Part shown: positions 24,601 through 35,000 of the stretch, piece after piece
Position numbering within the stretch: position 1 is the stretch's first letter
Layout of the letters: every line of letters starts with the position of its first letter
Source: Paragordius varius
Lineage: Eukaryota; Animalia; Nematomorpha
Direction: 5' to 3'
Assembly: GCA_964247055.1 (NCBI GenBank)
Contig: OZ176053.1
Span: forward strand, 7,502,001 to 7,566,000
Length of the DNA: 64,000 nt
Made by a program: the position numbers and the translations under genes
The notes under the pieces: model-generated
Database searches by the model: none
What the model saw: only the letters and a program-made list of their open reading frames with translations
Told to the model about the DNA's origin: nothing

Positions 24601-27600
24601 TAATAGCTGTCATAATATTATTTTTGTTATCAAAATTTTCAAATAAAATATCACAAGCGCTAATAAAGGCTTCTTTAAATATTTCACCATCTTGGAATGG
24701 CTTATTGTTCTGAATGAGTATTTCCGCTACCTTGAATGAAGCAATCGTAGCATTTTTATAGTCTTTGTTGTATTTAAGTATGCTATTTTGTGAGGCGGAT
24801 AATTGTTCTTTTAATTCCTTTACTTTAATGTTGCGTTCTTGAGTTTGTAAGGGGTAGTTTTTGGAGTAATGTGGATGCAGAGATCTATAATGTCTTTCAA
24901 TATTTAACTTTTTGGGCAAAGCAACAGTACTATTGCATATTAGACAGGTGCATGTTTCATTTATCATAATAAAAAAGTATTCATGCTCCCAATCTTTCTT
25001 GTATCTGTACAACTTTTTTTGGCTCATTCTAAAATATAAGTTTTAAAAACCTACTTTTGGTGTATCAAATCAAATCTAACTTCAAGATTATGCTTCTGAT
25101 TTATGAATAAGCTTTGCTCAAAGTTTTGTATTCAAGGGAAATGACTGATTTTAAGTTTTAATGCAAATGCTCCAAAACATATGAATTATAATTAATAAAA
25201 TAATTTTTTTACACCCTTTTCTTAGACGTTTTTTTTTTAATTTAAACCGTATTTTTTTGTATTTTAAATTTAAATTCGCTCAGAAGTAGCCAACTATCCG
25301 AAAAAAATCAATAAAATTTTTTTAAAAAAAATATTTTCAGGCGGTCACTTTTTGAGTTGTCGCGGTCACGAAAGTGACCGCGGTCACCTCGTTGGCCACC
25401 CCTGATTTATATGATATCAATTATTTATAGTAACCGCGATCAAAGTCGCCCAACCTTACCTCATATGTTAAGACACACCATTGTGAAAAAAGTAACTGAA
25501 AGTTTCCAAAAATTGTATAAACCATTTTAATTTACCCATGTCTTCAGTCCCACCCCCTGTGAAATAAGTTTTGGCAAAAAAAATTATTAATAAAATATTC
25601 GGAAAACTTATAAATAAGCTTTGAGTAGCTTTTGTTGATCGCACTATTACGATATTTCTATCTTGATATTTAATCATTATGAAACATTTTCAAATTGAAT
25701 TCTAATTCAAATAAATTAAAAGTTGTATCAAATTAAAATCATCATCATGCAGGTCGAGCGGCGTTTTTATTTCCAATGGGGTCATTAAGAAGATCCTAAT
25801 TTTTATCGCAGATTTTTGACATATTGTATATGTCCCCTGGTTCTGTTTGATCTTAAAAGCGTATTTTAAAGGTGATGTTCACTGTAGTTGAATTTTTTAA
25901 TTGAAATATTTATGAACTATCCTTCATTTTTGTTAACTAATATTTACTGATCACTAAAAGGCAATTTTTATATTAAAATCTTTATTATCGGTATTTTAAT
26001 TTGTTTATATACATATATTTACACTCTGTGGCAAAAATGGGGACCAAAAAATAAATGTTTATAAATCATATCTTATTCGATAACTAATAGCAGGAAATGT
26101 ATTTCGAAATGATAAATGTAGTTAAGATACTAGGATTAAGTTATTTCAATTTTCTGACATTAGCCAAAAAAATCGCATATTAGAAGTAGAGCTATACGCG
26201 TCAACTAAATTTTGTTTTTAATATGTATCATAAGGATAATCCCGCAAAATATCGTAAAACGTTTTATAATTTTTCAGAGGTGCCTAGAAACACCTACAAA
26301 AATTAAAACTAATGGCACTTTGGAGTTGATTTCGATTCATAAAAATTTATTATAAGGTGAAGCGGATTTCGAGCCGGTTTTTATTTAATGGGGTTACATA
26401 TTCTATATCGCAAAAAATAGATTTTATGCATCTGGGTTCTGTTTTGAACTGACCCCCCGTTGAAATATAATAGTAATTTCCTCGTAGGGGTGCAAAGTCC
26501 GATCCCAACTCCGCGTGGTGCACCCTGGCTAATACCAACGGGAGCGGCAAAGGAAAAAAATCATTTGTGTGGGGTGTGGTGGCAAAAAGATAACTATTTT
26601 TTTTCCTATAAAATACCACAATACCTGCATTCACACAGATGATAAAGCGGGTTTATCTGGCGCTATAACCAGTTGCTAAACCAATTAGTAAATATGTAAG
26701 CTGAAATGGAACTCTGTAAGCCCAGAAAGGTAATTCCATAGGTTAGGGTCACCGAAATAGTCTCTTGATTTGAGGTAAGTAAAAAAATCGCCTAACTTAA
26801 TCATATATTAGAAACAATTAAAAATATCCAACAAATATATTTATTAGAAATTTAATACAAATGTATGTACATATAATTTTATCATATGTTAAATATATGG
26901 ATATATAATAATATTATAATGGTATGTTTGTTTTAAAAAATGCTAACAAAATTGTCAAAAACAATATTATTACCAAATATATGATAACAAAAATTGAGGG
27001 AAACAATAATGATGTTGCTATACAGATAAAATCATTCACACACGATCTTATAAAAGTTGTGTTCCATAGCTTTTTGAAAAGTTATGACTATTCGACAGCA
27101 GGTAAAACTATGCGTTGATGAAAAAAAAAGATGGGTGAATGGTTAGAAAATTATTTAAATACCGACTTTGCTACAGCGTAAAATTCAAAAAGAATTCAAA
27201 TAGTTCTGGGTCTATCCAATCAATGGTATAGTGACATATATTAATTATTTTTTCAATAGTAATAATAATATCTAAAAAATAAATTATATATATATTTCAG
27301 ATTTATGTATTTGTCCCAATAATTTAATGTGTTGCGAATTTAATCTAAAAAAGCTTAATTTTCTTCCGTATTATGTTTGACTATTACAATTGCTTTCAAT
27401 GTATCTATTGTGAGTTGTGTTTTTTCCGTAGTCCATATTTTGTTTATCAACGAAAAAACCCTTTCGGTGGCTGCATTGTCCCATGTAAAAAAGGTAATTG
27501 AATTAAACTTTTTAAATTTACAAACCGTAGATTTTGGGTATAGAAATAGGAAAAAATTTCTAACCTCAATTCAGATTTAAATCCTTTTGGATCCACTCAT

Positions 27601-30600
27601 GTATTTTTTTCTTATCCACGTATAATTTCAAATAACTTATTTTATTAAATAGTTTAATTTCATAAATAAACGCAATTAGAAAAATCATTCTCAATTTTTT
27701 TTATTGATTATTCAATATCTTTTCGAACAATCAATTTAGGAGTATTCAATTAAAATGTTCTGTTTTTTCGAATTGCTTTGACCATGCTGTTAAATAATCA
27801 TAACAATCCGTATCAAAAGCTTTTACTTCTTTTAAAACGTATTTTTGATCAATCCATTCTCGAGCTTACTTACATCTTTACGAATCATAATGGAACATAA
27901 CTTCCATAAGATCGTTCTGCGCATTTGTCTTTTAAAGATTTTACTGCAGGAACATCCATTAAAGATTAAACTAATTTTGCTTCCTTAATTTTTTATTTTA
28001 ATTTTTTGAAAAAGATATATTTGGTCATGAAGAAATTTAAGCCGAATTCCAGATGTTTCATTTTCAAAAATTTTTTAATGAAATTTGGACATTTATAAAT
28101 AGATAAAAAATAAGATTTAAGTGGTTCAAAAAGTTGTAATATTCTCGCTAAGGCTGGTAATAATGCCAACCATCTAGTTTTACAATAGCCTAATATTTTT
28201 TATATTCAGTTTCGGATTCTAATCAAAAATCTCTTAGTGCTTTAATGCGAATAGTATAAATAGAAAAATGTGAATAAATTTTAATTAATAAATGTTCAAA
28301 ATCGATAGGGAGTAAATCCGCCGCGGTTTGTATGGAATTGTGACAACTTTAATAATGTGTTTCTAATGAGCAATTAGTTTTTGCAAGACATTGTTTGTGC
28401 CTATTACTTATATATAATATATTTATTACCTTAAAATTTTTTTCAGCAACCCCATTATACATTAAATTAAAACAAGCAGATTAGAAATAGACATCAAAAT
28501 GTATTAAATGAAAAAATTGTAAATTTTATTTTTTACGGCGGTTCACAATTTACATTAATATACCTTTTCTCGCGAAACCTCCAAAGTTAGTATTGCAATT
28601 GTCAGCACAGAAAGCGACAATCTTCATCATTAAATTATTTTTGTTGATTGTTTCTGTTAATACCAAAGTATCGTCGGCCTTTTCATTTTCTTTGGATATT
28701 ATATCCAAAAATTTTTTTGGTGTCTTTAATATGATGAAAGTAACAAATTAATATTGGTAGCAGTTTTTTTACGTTGGTAGACGTGTCTGTAAAAACTGAG
28801 ATGTATTTGGCATGAGGCATTTTCAATTAAATCAGGAGGATCATCTAATATTAAAAGACATTTGGCCACCGAAAAGCATAAATTAGCAGAAACATCTGCG
28901 TTGATGTCTAAAAAAATATCGAATAGTTTACTAAAGAAAAATCAAGTGAAAAACTGATTGCACTGGCTGAGGCCTCCTGGGCCTTTCATACAATTCAACA
29001 TAATCAAAGTTTTAGGTCAATGGATTGTACGTCGAAATGCATTCAAAAACTTTTTGAAGCTAAATTTGCCTGTGGCCGCATATACATTTCAATTTTTACA
29101 GACACGTCGACAATCAACGAAAAAAATAATTTAATGATGAAGATTGTCGCTTTCTGTGCTGACAATTGCAATACTAACTTTGGAGGTTTAGCGAGAAAAG
29201 GTATGTATATTAATGTAAATTATGAACCGCCGTAAAAAATAAAATTTACAATTTTTTCATTTTATATAATTTGATGTCAATTTCTAATCTGCTTGTTTTT
29301 TAATGTTTAATGGGTTTGCTGAAAAAATTTTTTTAAGGTAATAAATATAATATATATAGATAAGTAAAAGGCATAAACAATGTCTTCCAAAAATTAAATG
29401 CTCATTTGTAACACAACATTATTGAAGTTGTCACAATTCCATACCAACCGCGGCGGATTTACTCCCTATCGATTTTGAACATTTATTAATTAAAATTTAT
29501 TCACATTTTTCTATTTATACTATTCGCATTAAAGCACTAATAGATTTTTGTTTAGAATCCCAAACCGAATATAAAAAAATATTAGGCTATTGTAAAACTC
29601 GATGGTTGGCATTATTACCAGCCTTAGAGAGAATATTACAACTTTTTGAACCACTTAAATCTTATTTTTTATCTATTGATAAATGTCCAAATTTCATTAA
29701 AAAATTTTTTGAAAATGAAACATCTGATATTTGGCTTAAATTTCTTCATGGCCAAATATATCTTTTTCAAAAAACTATAATAAAAATTGAGGGAAACAAT
29801 ATTAGTTTAATGGATGTTGCTGCAGAAATAAAATCTTTGAGAGACAAATGCGCAGAACGATCTTATGAAAGTTATGTTCCATTATGATTCGTAAAGATTT
29901 AAGTAAGCTCGAGAATGGATTGATCAAAAATACATTTTTAAAAGAAGCAAAAGCTTTTTATACGAATTGTTATGATTATTTAACAGCATGGTCAAAGCAT
30001 TTCAAAAAAATAGAACATTTGGGTTTCCTAAATAGATTGATTGTTCGAAAAGATATTGGATTATCATTAGAAAAAATTGAGAATGATTTTTCTAATGCGT
30101 TTATTTATGAAATTAAACTATTTGATAAAATGAGATATTTGAAATTATACGTGGATAAGAAAAAGATACATGAGTGGATCCAAAAGGATTTAAATACTGA
30201 ATTGAGGTGGTTAGAAATTTTTTCCTATTTCTTTACCCAAAATCTACGGTGTGAAAATTTAAAAAGTTTAATTCAATTACCTTTTTGTCTACCTGGGAAC
30301 AATGCAGCCACCGAAAGGGTTTTTTTGATAAAGATAATATGGACTACGGAGAAAAGACAACTTACAATAGATACCTTGAAAGCAATTGTAATAGTTAAAC
30401 ATAAAAGAAAATTAAGCTTTTTTAAATAAAATTTCGCAAAACATTAAATTAGTGGGACAAATACATAAATCTGAAAAATATATAAAATTTATTATTTTTT
30501 AAATATTATTTACTATTACTATTATAAAAAATAATTATTTATTAATATATGTCACGTCATATACCATTGATTGGGTAGACCCAGAACTATTTGAATTATT

Positions 30601-31988
30601 TTTAAACTCTACATTGTAGCAAAGTCGGTATAATATTTTTTTAACTATTCACCTATCTTTTTTTCAGCAACGCATAGTTTTACCTGCTGTCAAACAGTCA
30701 TAACTTTTCAAAAAGCTATGGAACAGAACTTTCATAAGATCGTGTGTGAATGATTTTATTTGCCCAGCAACATCATATAAACCAGATATATTGTTTCCCT
30801 CTATTTTTGTTATCTATTTGGTAATAATATTGTTTATGACAATTTTGTTAGCATTTATAACTAACATACTATTATAATATTATTTCCATATATTTAACAT
30901 ATAATATAATTATATGTACATACATTTATATTAAATTTTTAATAAATTTTTTTGTTGAATATTTTTAATTTGTAATGAGCTTATAAATAGTAACGAACAA
31001 TATCATTTAATATAACACACCGAAAATCTGCTTAAAAAATAGGCAAAGTATGTTTTAATTTTGTACTGCGTTAGGGATATAATTATCTGGTCATATTAGC
31101 ATACGCCCCATACAGAAGCGAGACATGGCCGATGAGATGAACCAAGAAAAAACTAATAAACATAGAAAAGCGGATGCTAAATATATTCGACCCCAATAAG
31201 TCAATCAAATTTGCATCAACTGTACCAAATCGAACCTTTAAATATTATGATCAGAAAAAATAGGCTTAGATATTTCGGACACATCAAACGTGCTCCAGAA
31301 CAATTAAAATTTTATCCCTACATCCCGAAGGTAACAATCGCAGGGGTACCAACTTTTAAAAGAGAAAAAACAATAAATAATGATTTAAGTGTTGCAACAT
31401 TGATGATAACGCCTGGCAGGATCGCAAATATTACAGGCAGTTTATACAGATACAATGGCTATCCATTACACAAAGACTATATACCATAATTTCCTCATAC
31501 TACGTTTAAATTGTATCTATAAATCATTTTGGGTTTTTATATATGAATATTTACCGAAAAAGCAATAATATTACAATCTTGAATATCCTTATTTTAATAG
31601 GGTTAATAAAATTATAAATCAAAAAATAATATACTCAAAATTGTTGTCGTCCATAGCTAGGATATAATCAAAATGAGAAAAATCTTCGGGAACTATCTTA
31701 AATTTAATATTTGAAGTAACCTGCCTTGCACTGTGATCAAAACTTATTCCATGTTTTTCAAGCGTTTTCATCGCTCGATAATCTGGAGATTTCCCCAAAT
31801 GATAGCTTGCCGTACCAGCGCTCTCTACTTCCCACTAAACAATTAAATTTTATTACATTTTTAATATTTTTCTTCGCAAGTATTTCCTTAAAACATGCCT
31901 CTGCTATGGGGGATCGACAAATATTACCTATAACGTTAGGAGGTTAATTACCCAAACATACAAACAGAATTTTATAGGATTTTTCCAT
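21638..31988 (-). CDS. ACP1: Low-molecular-weight phosphotyrosine protein phosphatase, 158 aa. Exons 31988-31952, 31927-31857, 31834-31721, 31696-31635, 21855-21753, 21727-21638
   Basis: Spliced protein MEKSYKILFVCLGNICRSPIAEACF...WEVESAGTASYHLGKSPDYRAM...ARQIVPEDFSHFDYILAMDDNNFEDLN...IRDPYYDGMDSFEEVFQECMSCCKAFIDEL has the CLGNICRS P-loop and the DPYY acid loop. All introns are GT-AG and frame-consistent. Missed by the ORF track. Confidence 0.95.
22051..22323. repeat. Tandem direct duplication of a ~130-bp AT-rich unit (22051-22184 and 22198-22323)
   Basis: AACAAATCATATTGATTTACTATAAAATTAT...ATATTCGTATATTAATTTTAAATTATAATTTAATAAATATTT...GATAAGAATA..AGACATTTAATCAATTAGAAT occurs twice. Confidence 0.85.
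22673..25404 (-). mobile_element. Full-length hAT DNA transposon (SPIN/Charlie/GTF2IRD2-like group), 2732 bp, inside ACP1 intron 4
   Basis: Perfect 12-bp TIRs CAGGGGTGGCCA / TGGCCACCCCTG, perfect 8-bp TSD ATTTATAT (22665-22672, 25405-25412), subterminal GCGGTCAC repeats, internal transposase. Confidence 0.95.
23253..25027 (-). pseudogene. hAT transposase (~590 aa) split by one frameshift at a T8 run (24497-24504)
   Basis: ORF1 has a BED-like finger (CTCLICN...ERHYRSLH). ORF2 has DESTD, ITTDGAPAM, HCIIH, VRWLS and YLCESAFS (hAT D-D-E, CxxH and dimerisation region). One extra T restores ...CIFFSLKLDESTD. Confidence 0.9.
27350..28810 (-). pseudogene. Inverted duplicate of the same decayed transposase (left palindrome arm)
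   Basis: Minus-strand FTDTSTNVKKLLPILICYF...KIVAFCADNCNTNFGG and the C-terminal AATERVFSLINKIWTTEKTQL, mirroring 29078-30430. Confidence 0.8.
28830..30430 (+). pseudogene. Decayed intron-containing hAT-like transposase (second family), loop plus right arm of the palindrome
   Basis: Fragments GGSSNIKRHLATEKHK, AFHTIQHNQSFRSMDCTS...KFACGR, VAFCADNCNTNFGGLARKG|intron from 29201|INNVFQKL, KTRWLALLPALERILQLFEPLKSYF, LPFCLPGNNAATERVF...WTTEKRQL. Several frameshifts. Confidence 0.8.
31093..31302 (+). mobile_element. Non-LTR retrotransposon (RTE-like) RT C-terminal fragment
   Basis: ILAYAPYRSETW...EKRML followed, after a frameshift, by LYQIEPLNIMIRKNRLRYFGHIKR, matching the LINE pattern YG.ETW...IR..RLRWFGHV.R. 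Confidence 0.7.
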
Positions 31989-32040
31989 TTCATCTGTTCT
32001 ATGTCATAATGGGAAAACGAAGGATATTTAAATTTTTAAA

Positions 32041-35000
32041 ATGCATTTAGTTTTACTGTGCATATCTTTATTCTTATTATATTATTGGAGTTGTGCTAAA
32101 AATGATTTTGATGATTTCAACACATTTGTGATACTCAAATTTCATATACGAAATTATGTTCATTGGTACAAATTCGTGTTATGCCTTTTTTATACCAATG
32201 TGTTGTTATGTAGTTTGAGCTTGGTATTTTTTAGTTTATTTTTATAATAAATAGATTATAATGAAATGGAAAAAACGCTATCTCTGTATATATTTGCATC
32301 CGTTTAACATTGGACTAAATTTAGTTTACATAATTATGGTGTGTGCTTTATGGTCAAATGAATGGGCATTAGTTTTTAAATCCTTACATGTATTATATTG
32401 TATAAAATTAGTTTTACTATTTATATGTCCACATATTTTTATCAATTTTTACGCTAGTTGTCGTATCCAAACTTTATCACATGGGTAGGTGTTTAGATAA
32501 TAATGTATAGATAAATTTTGTTACAAATTAATATTTAGCATGGCATTTATTTCGTCATTGCTCATTTTGGCATATATTTATCAACCACCTTGTGTAATAA
32601 ATGGGCCTTTGCCTGCAAAACCAAAAATAATTGGACATCGTGGTGCGCAATATGTAACAAAAAATCGTTTATATTTTAGATAACACCGGAAAATACTATT
32701 CTTTCATATCATAATGCAATCCTTTTTTGCGATACTCATTTCGAAAGTATTTAGAGATTATATGTTAAAATACAATGAAATTTTGGTTAACCTTCAAAAT
32801 ATATACTATAAATATTGTAAATTAATATGCATAAATCCTGTTATAGCATTATGATTTTTTTACTTATTTATTGTAAAAAGAAATTTTATATAATTATCTA
32901 ATAATTGTAAAGACAATGTATTAATTTTGATCCATGATTTTACTATAAAATGACCAATTATATTATATATATTATTCGCCCATTACGCCCTAAAAGATAT
33001 TTCTCAAATAGCCTATTAATTATATACTTGGGTATGTCTTTTATAGTTGTTTTTGATCTTTATTTTTATTTTGAAATTTAATTGCGAATATTTACGTTTT
33101 TGACTTTTGTCGTCACTGGACTTCTAAATTCGCTATATTTGTCATAATAACCACGATGATAAAATTATTAGTCGATTTAGTGCATTTAACTAGTTATTTT
33201 TGCTTCATTTATCTCAAATTGTTTTTTTATGTATAAATCGCAAAATATAATCTATTATTAATGCGCTTCAAATTGAATCAACTAACCTATTTACATAATT
33301 TAAATTCATTGTAAAACTACAGATATTTCGTCATTGGTAGCCTTTGAAACTGATGTTCAAATTAGTTATGACGGTATCCCCTTCCTATTGCATGATTCCT
33401 TTCTTTATAGAACAACAGACATTAGGTCTCACTTTCCGAAGCTTTTCAATAAGGCTGCATATTTTTTTAATTTCACGCGACAATTACAGCGCTTAAATGC
33501 TGGGAGTTGGTTTATTAGAGTATATTTTTTTTCTAAAAACTTAAGGAAGATCCATTTTATTCGGTTAAGTACGTGCGAAAGCATTACAATGTTAGCGAAT
33601 TGTCAAATCAATCACTGCCACATTTTTCACATTTTTTGGAAATGGCTAATACCTATGGCAAGAATGTTATATTTGATCTCAAATTTCCGCCAGAATGTTT
33701 GGAGAAAGATGTACATTCATTATTAGCCTTAGATACGCAATCAAACTTGTTAGATATTGAAAACATCTCTAAATTAATACATATCACTAATAATGTTGGT
33801 TATTGGGATTGGAACAATATCTCTCAAAAATGTCAGTTTAAGAATAGTGACAACAAAAATTTGACTTTTAACACAAAATTCGGTGCAAGAGGTGAACAAA
33901 AGTTACAGAAAATCATAACAGATTTACACATGTCCGAAAAATTGTGTGAAAATTTTGAACCACTGCTAAATAGGTGTCAACATCCTTATGGACCCCTACT
34001 TAATAAAATAATTCTGGATACTATATCTAATTCATCCCTACCTTCAGAAAAAGTGTTTTTTCCTATATATTTTTTTTAAGTATTTATCGAGAATTTAATG
34101 GTTTTAATTAACTTACATTTTGTATGGAGATAGATTTGGTGGATAATAGATAAACGGTGGATTAAATGGGGTTATAACCCTCTGTTAAGCAAATATCCCA
34201 ATTTCATATATGTCGCCCCTGTTCCTGTAACCTTAGATGAGATACAAACTTTGGGTATATCAAAGGTTAACATTGGAAATCATCAATTGACACCCAAATA
34301 TATCAGGTTGTTTTGATAATTATTACATATTAACGGTTAAAATATTTGATAGTTTTCGATCTCGCATAAAATAAATATTAATTTTATATATAAAACATTT
34401 CTTAGAAAATTAAAGTTATGGAATGTCTCAATTAATGTATATGTAATAAATCGACTTTGGCTTTTCTCATATTATTGGTGTTTGGGTGTTGATTCAATCA
34501 CTACGGGAAAATGTCATGTATTTAGCGACAATAAACTTACACCCATTGGAATAATGGTATAACGGGTGTAAAATATGTTTTATATTTTCATAATTCAATT
34601 TTTTGAACATACTACAAATATTTATTGCAAAATTATTTTAACTTGGGGTTGGTGACCGTATATGAATGTATACATGATTGTGCCACTGATATAAAATTAA
34701 CCAGTCAAAACTTTTCAAACATTGTCAGTTTAAAAGCGTAAAATTGTGGCATAAAACTAATTTTTTTATAAATTTATAATTTTTCTAATATTTTATTAAT
34801 TGACATTAATATATTTTGGCACTAATAGAACCAATTTCAACGATTACATTTATTTTTGATTTTACAACATATGTTTTAAATAGTTACTGCATTTACAAGC
34901 GGTCATTTTGATCGGTCAATAGATCAACCCTAGCCAATTTTTTAACAAAAAAATTTTTTTTCATAAGATAGCTTATGACCAGCGAATTCATTTGCCGCAA

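Larger units (their letters stand above)
26815..30973. repeat. ~4.1-kb imperfect palindrome: arms ~26815-28810 and ~29078-30973, loop ~270 bp, ~130-bp deletion in the right arm
   Basis: Continuous reverse-complement match read by eye: 28561-28640 vs ~29123-29203 differs at 1 of 80 nt, outer parts about 90% identical, match extends to ACAATTAAAAATATCCAAC (~26815). Confidence 0.9.

Noticed and set aside
26200-26780. GC-rich island with short overlapping ORFs (26350-26634 minus, 26460-26642 plus)
   Set aside because: No recognisable motifs, RNA-gene hallmarks or termini; probably a transposon fragment but unsupported.
31697-31856. Vertebrate-style mutually exclusive exons 3/4 (fast and slow isoforms) of ACP1
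   Set aside because: The single exon is flanked by 22- and 24-nt introns, leaving no room for a second copy.
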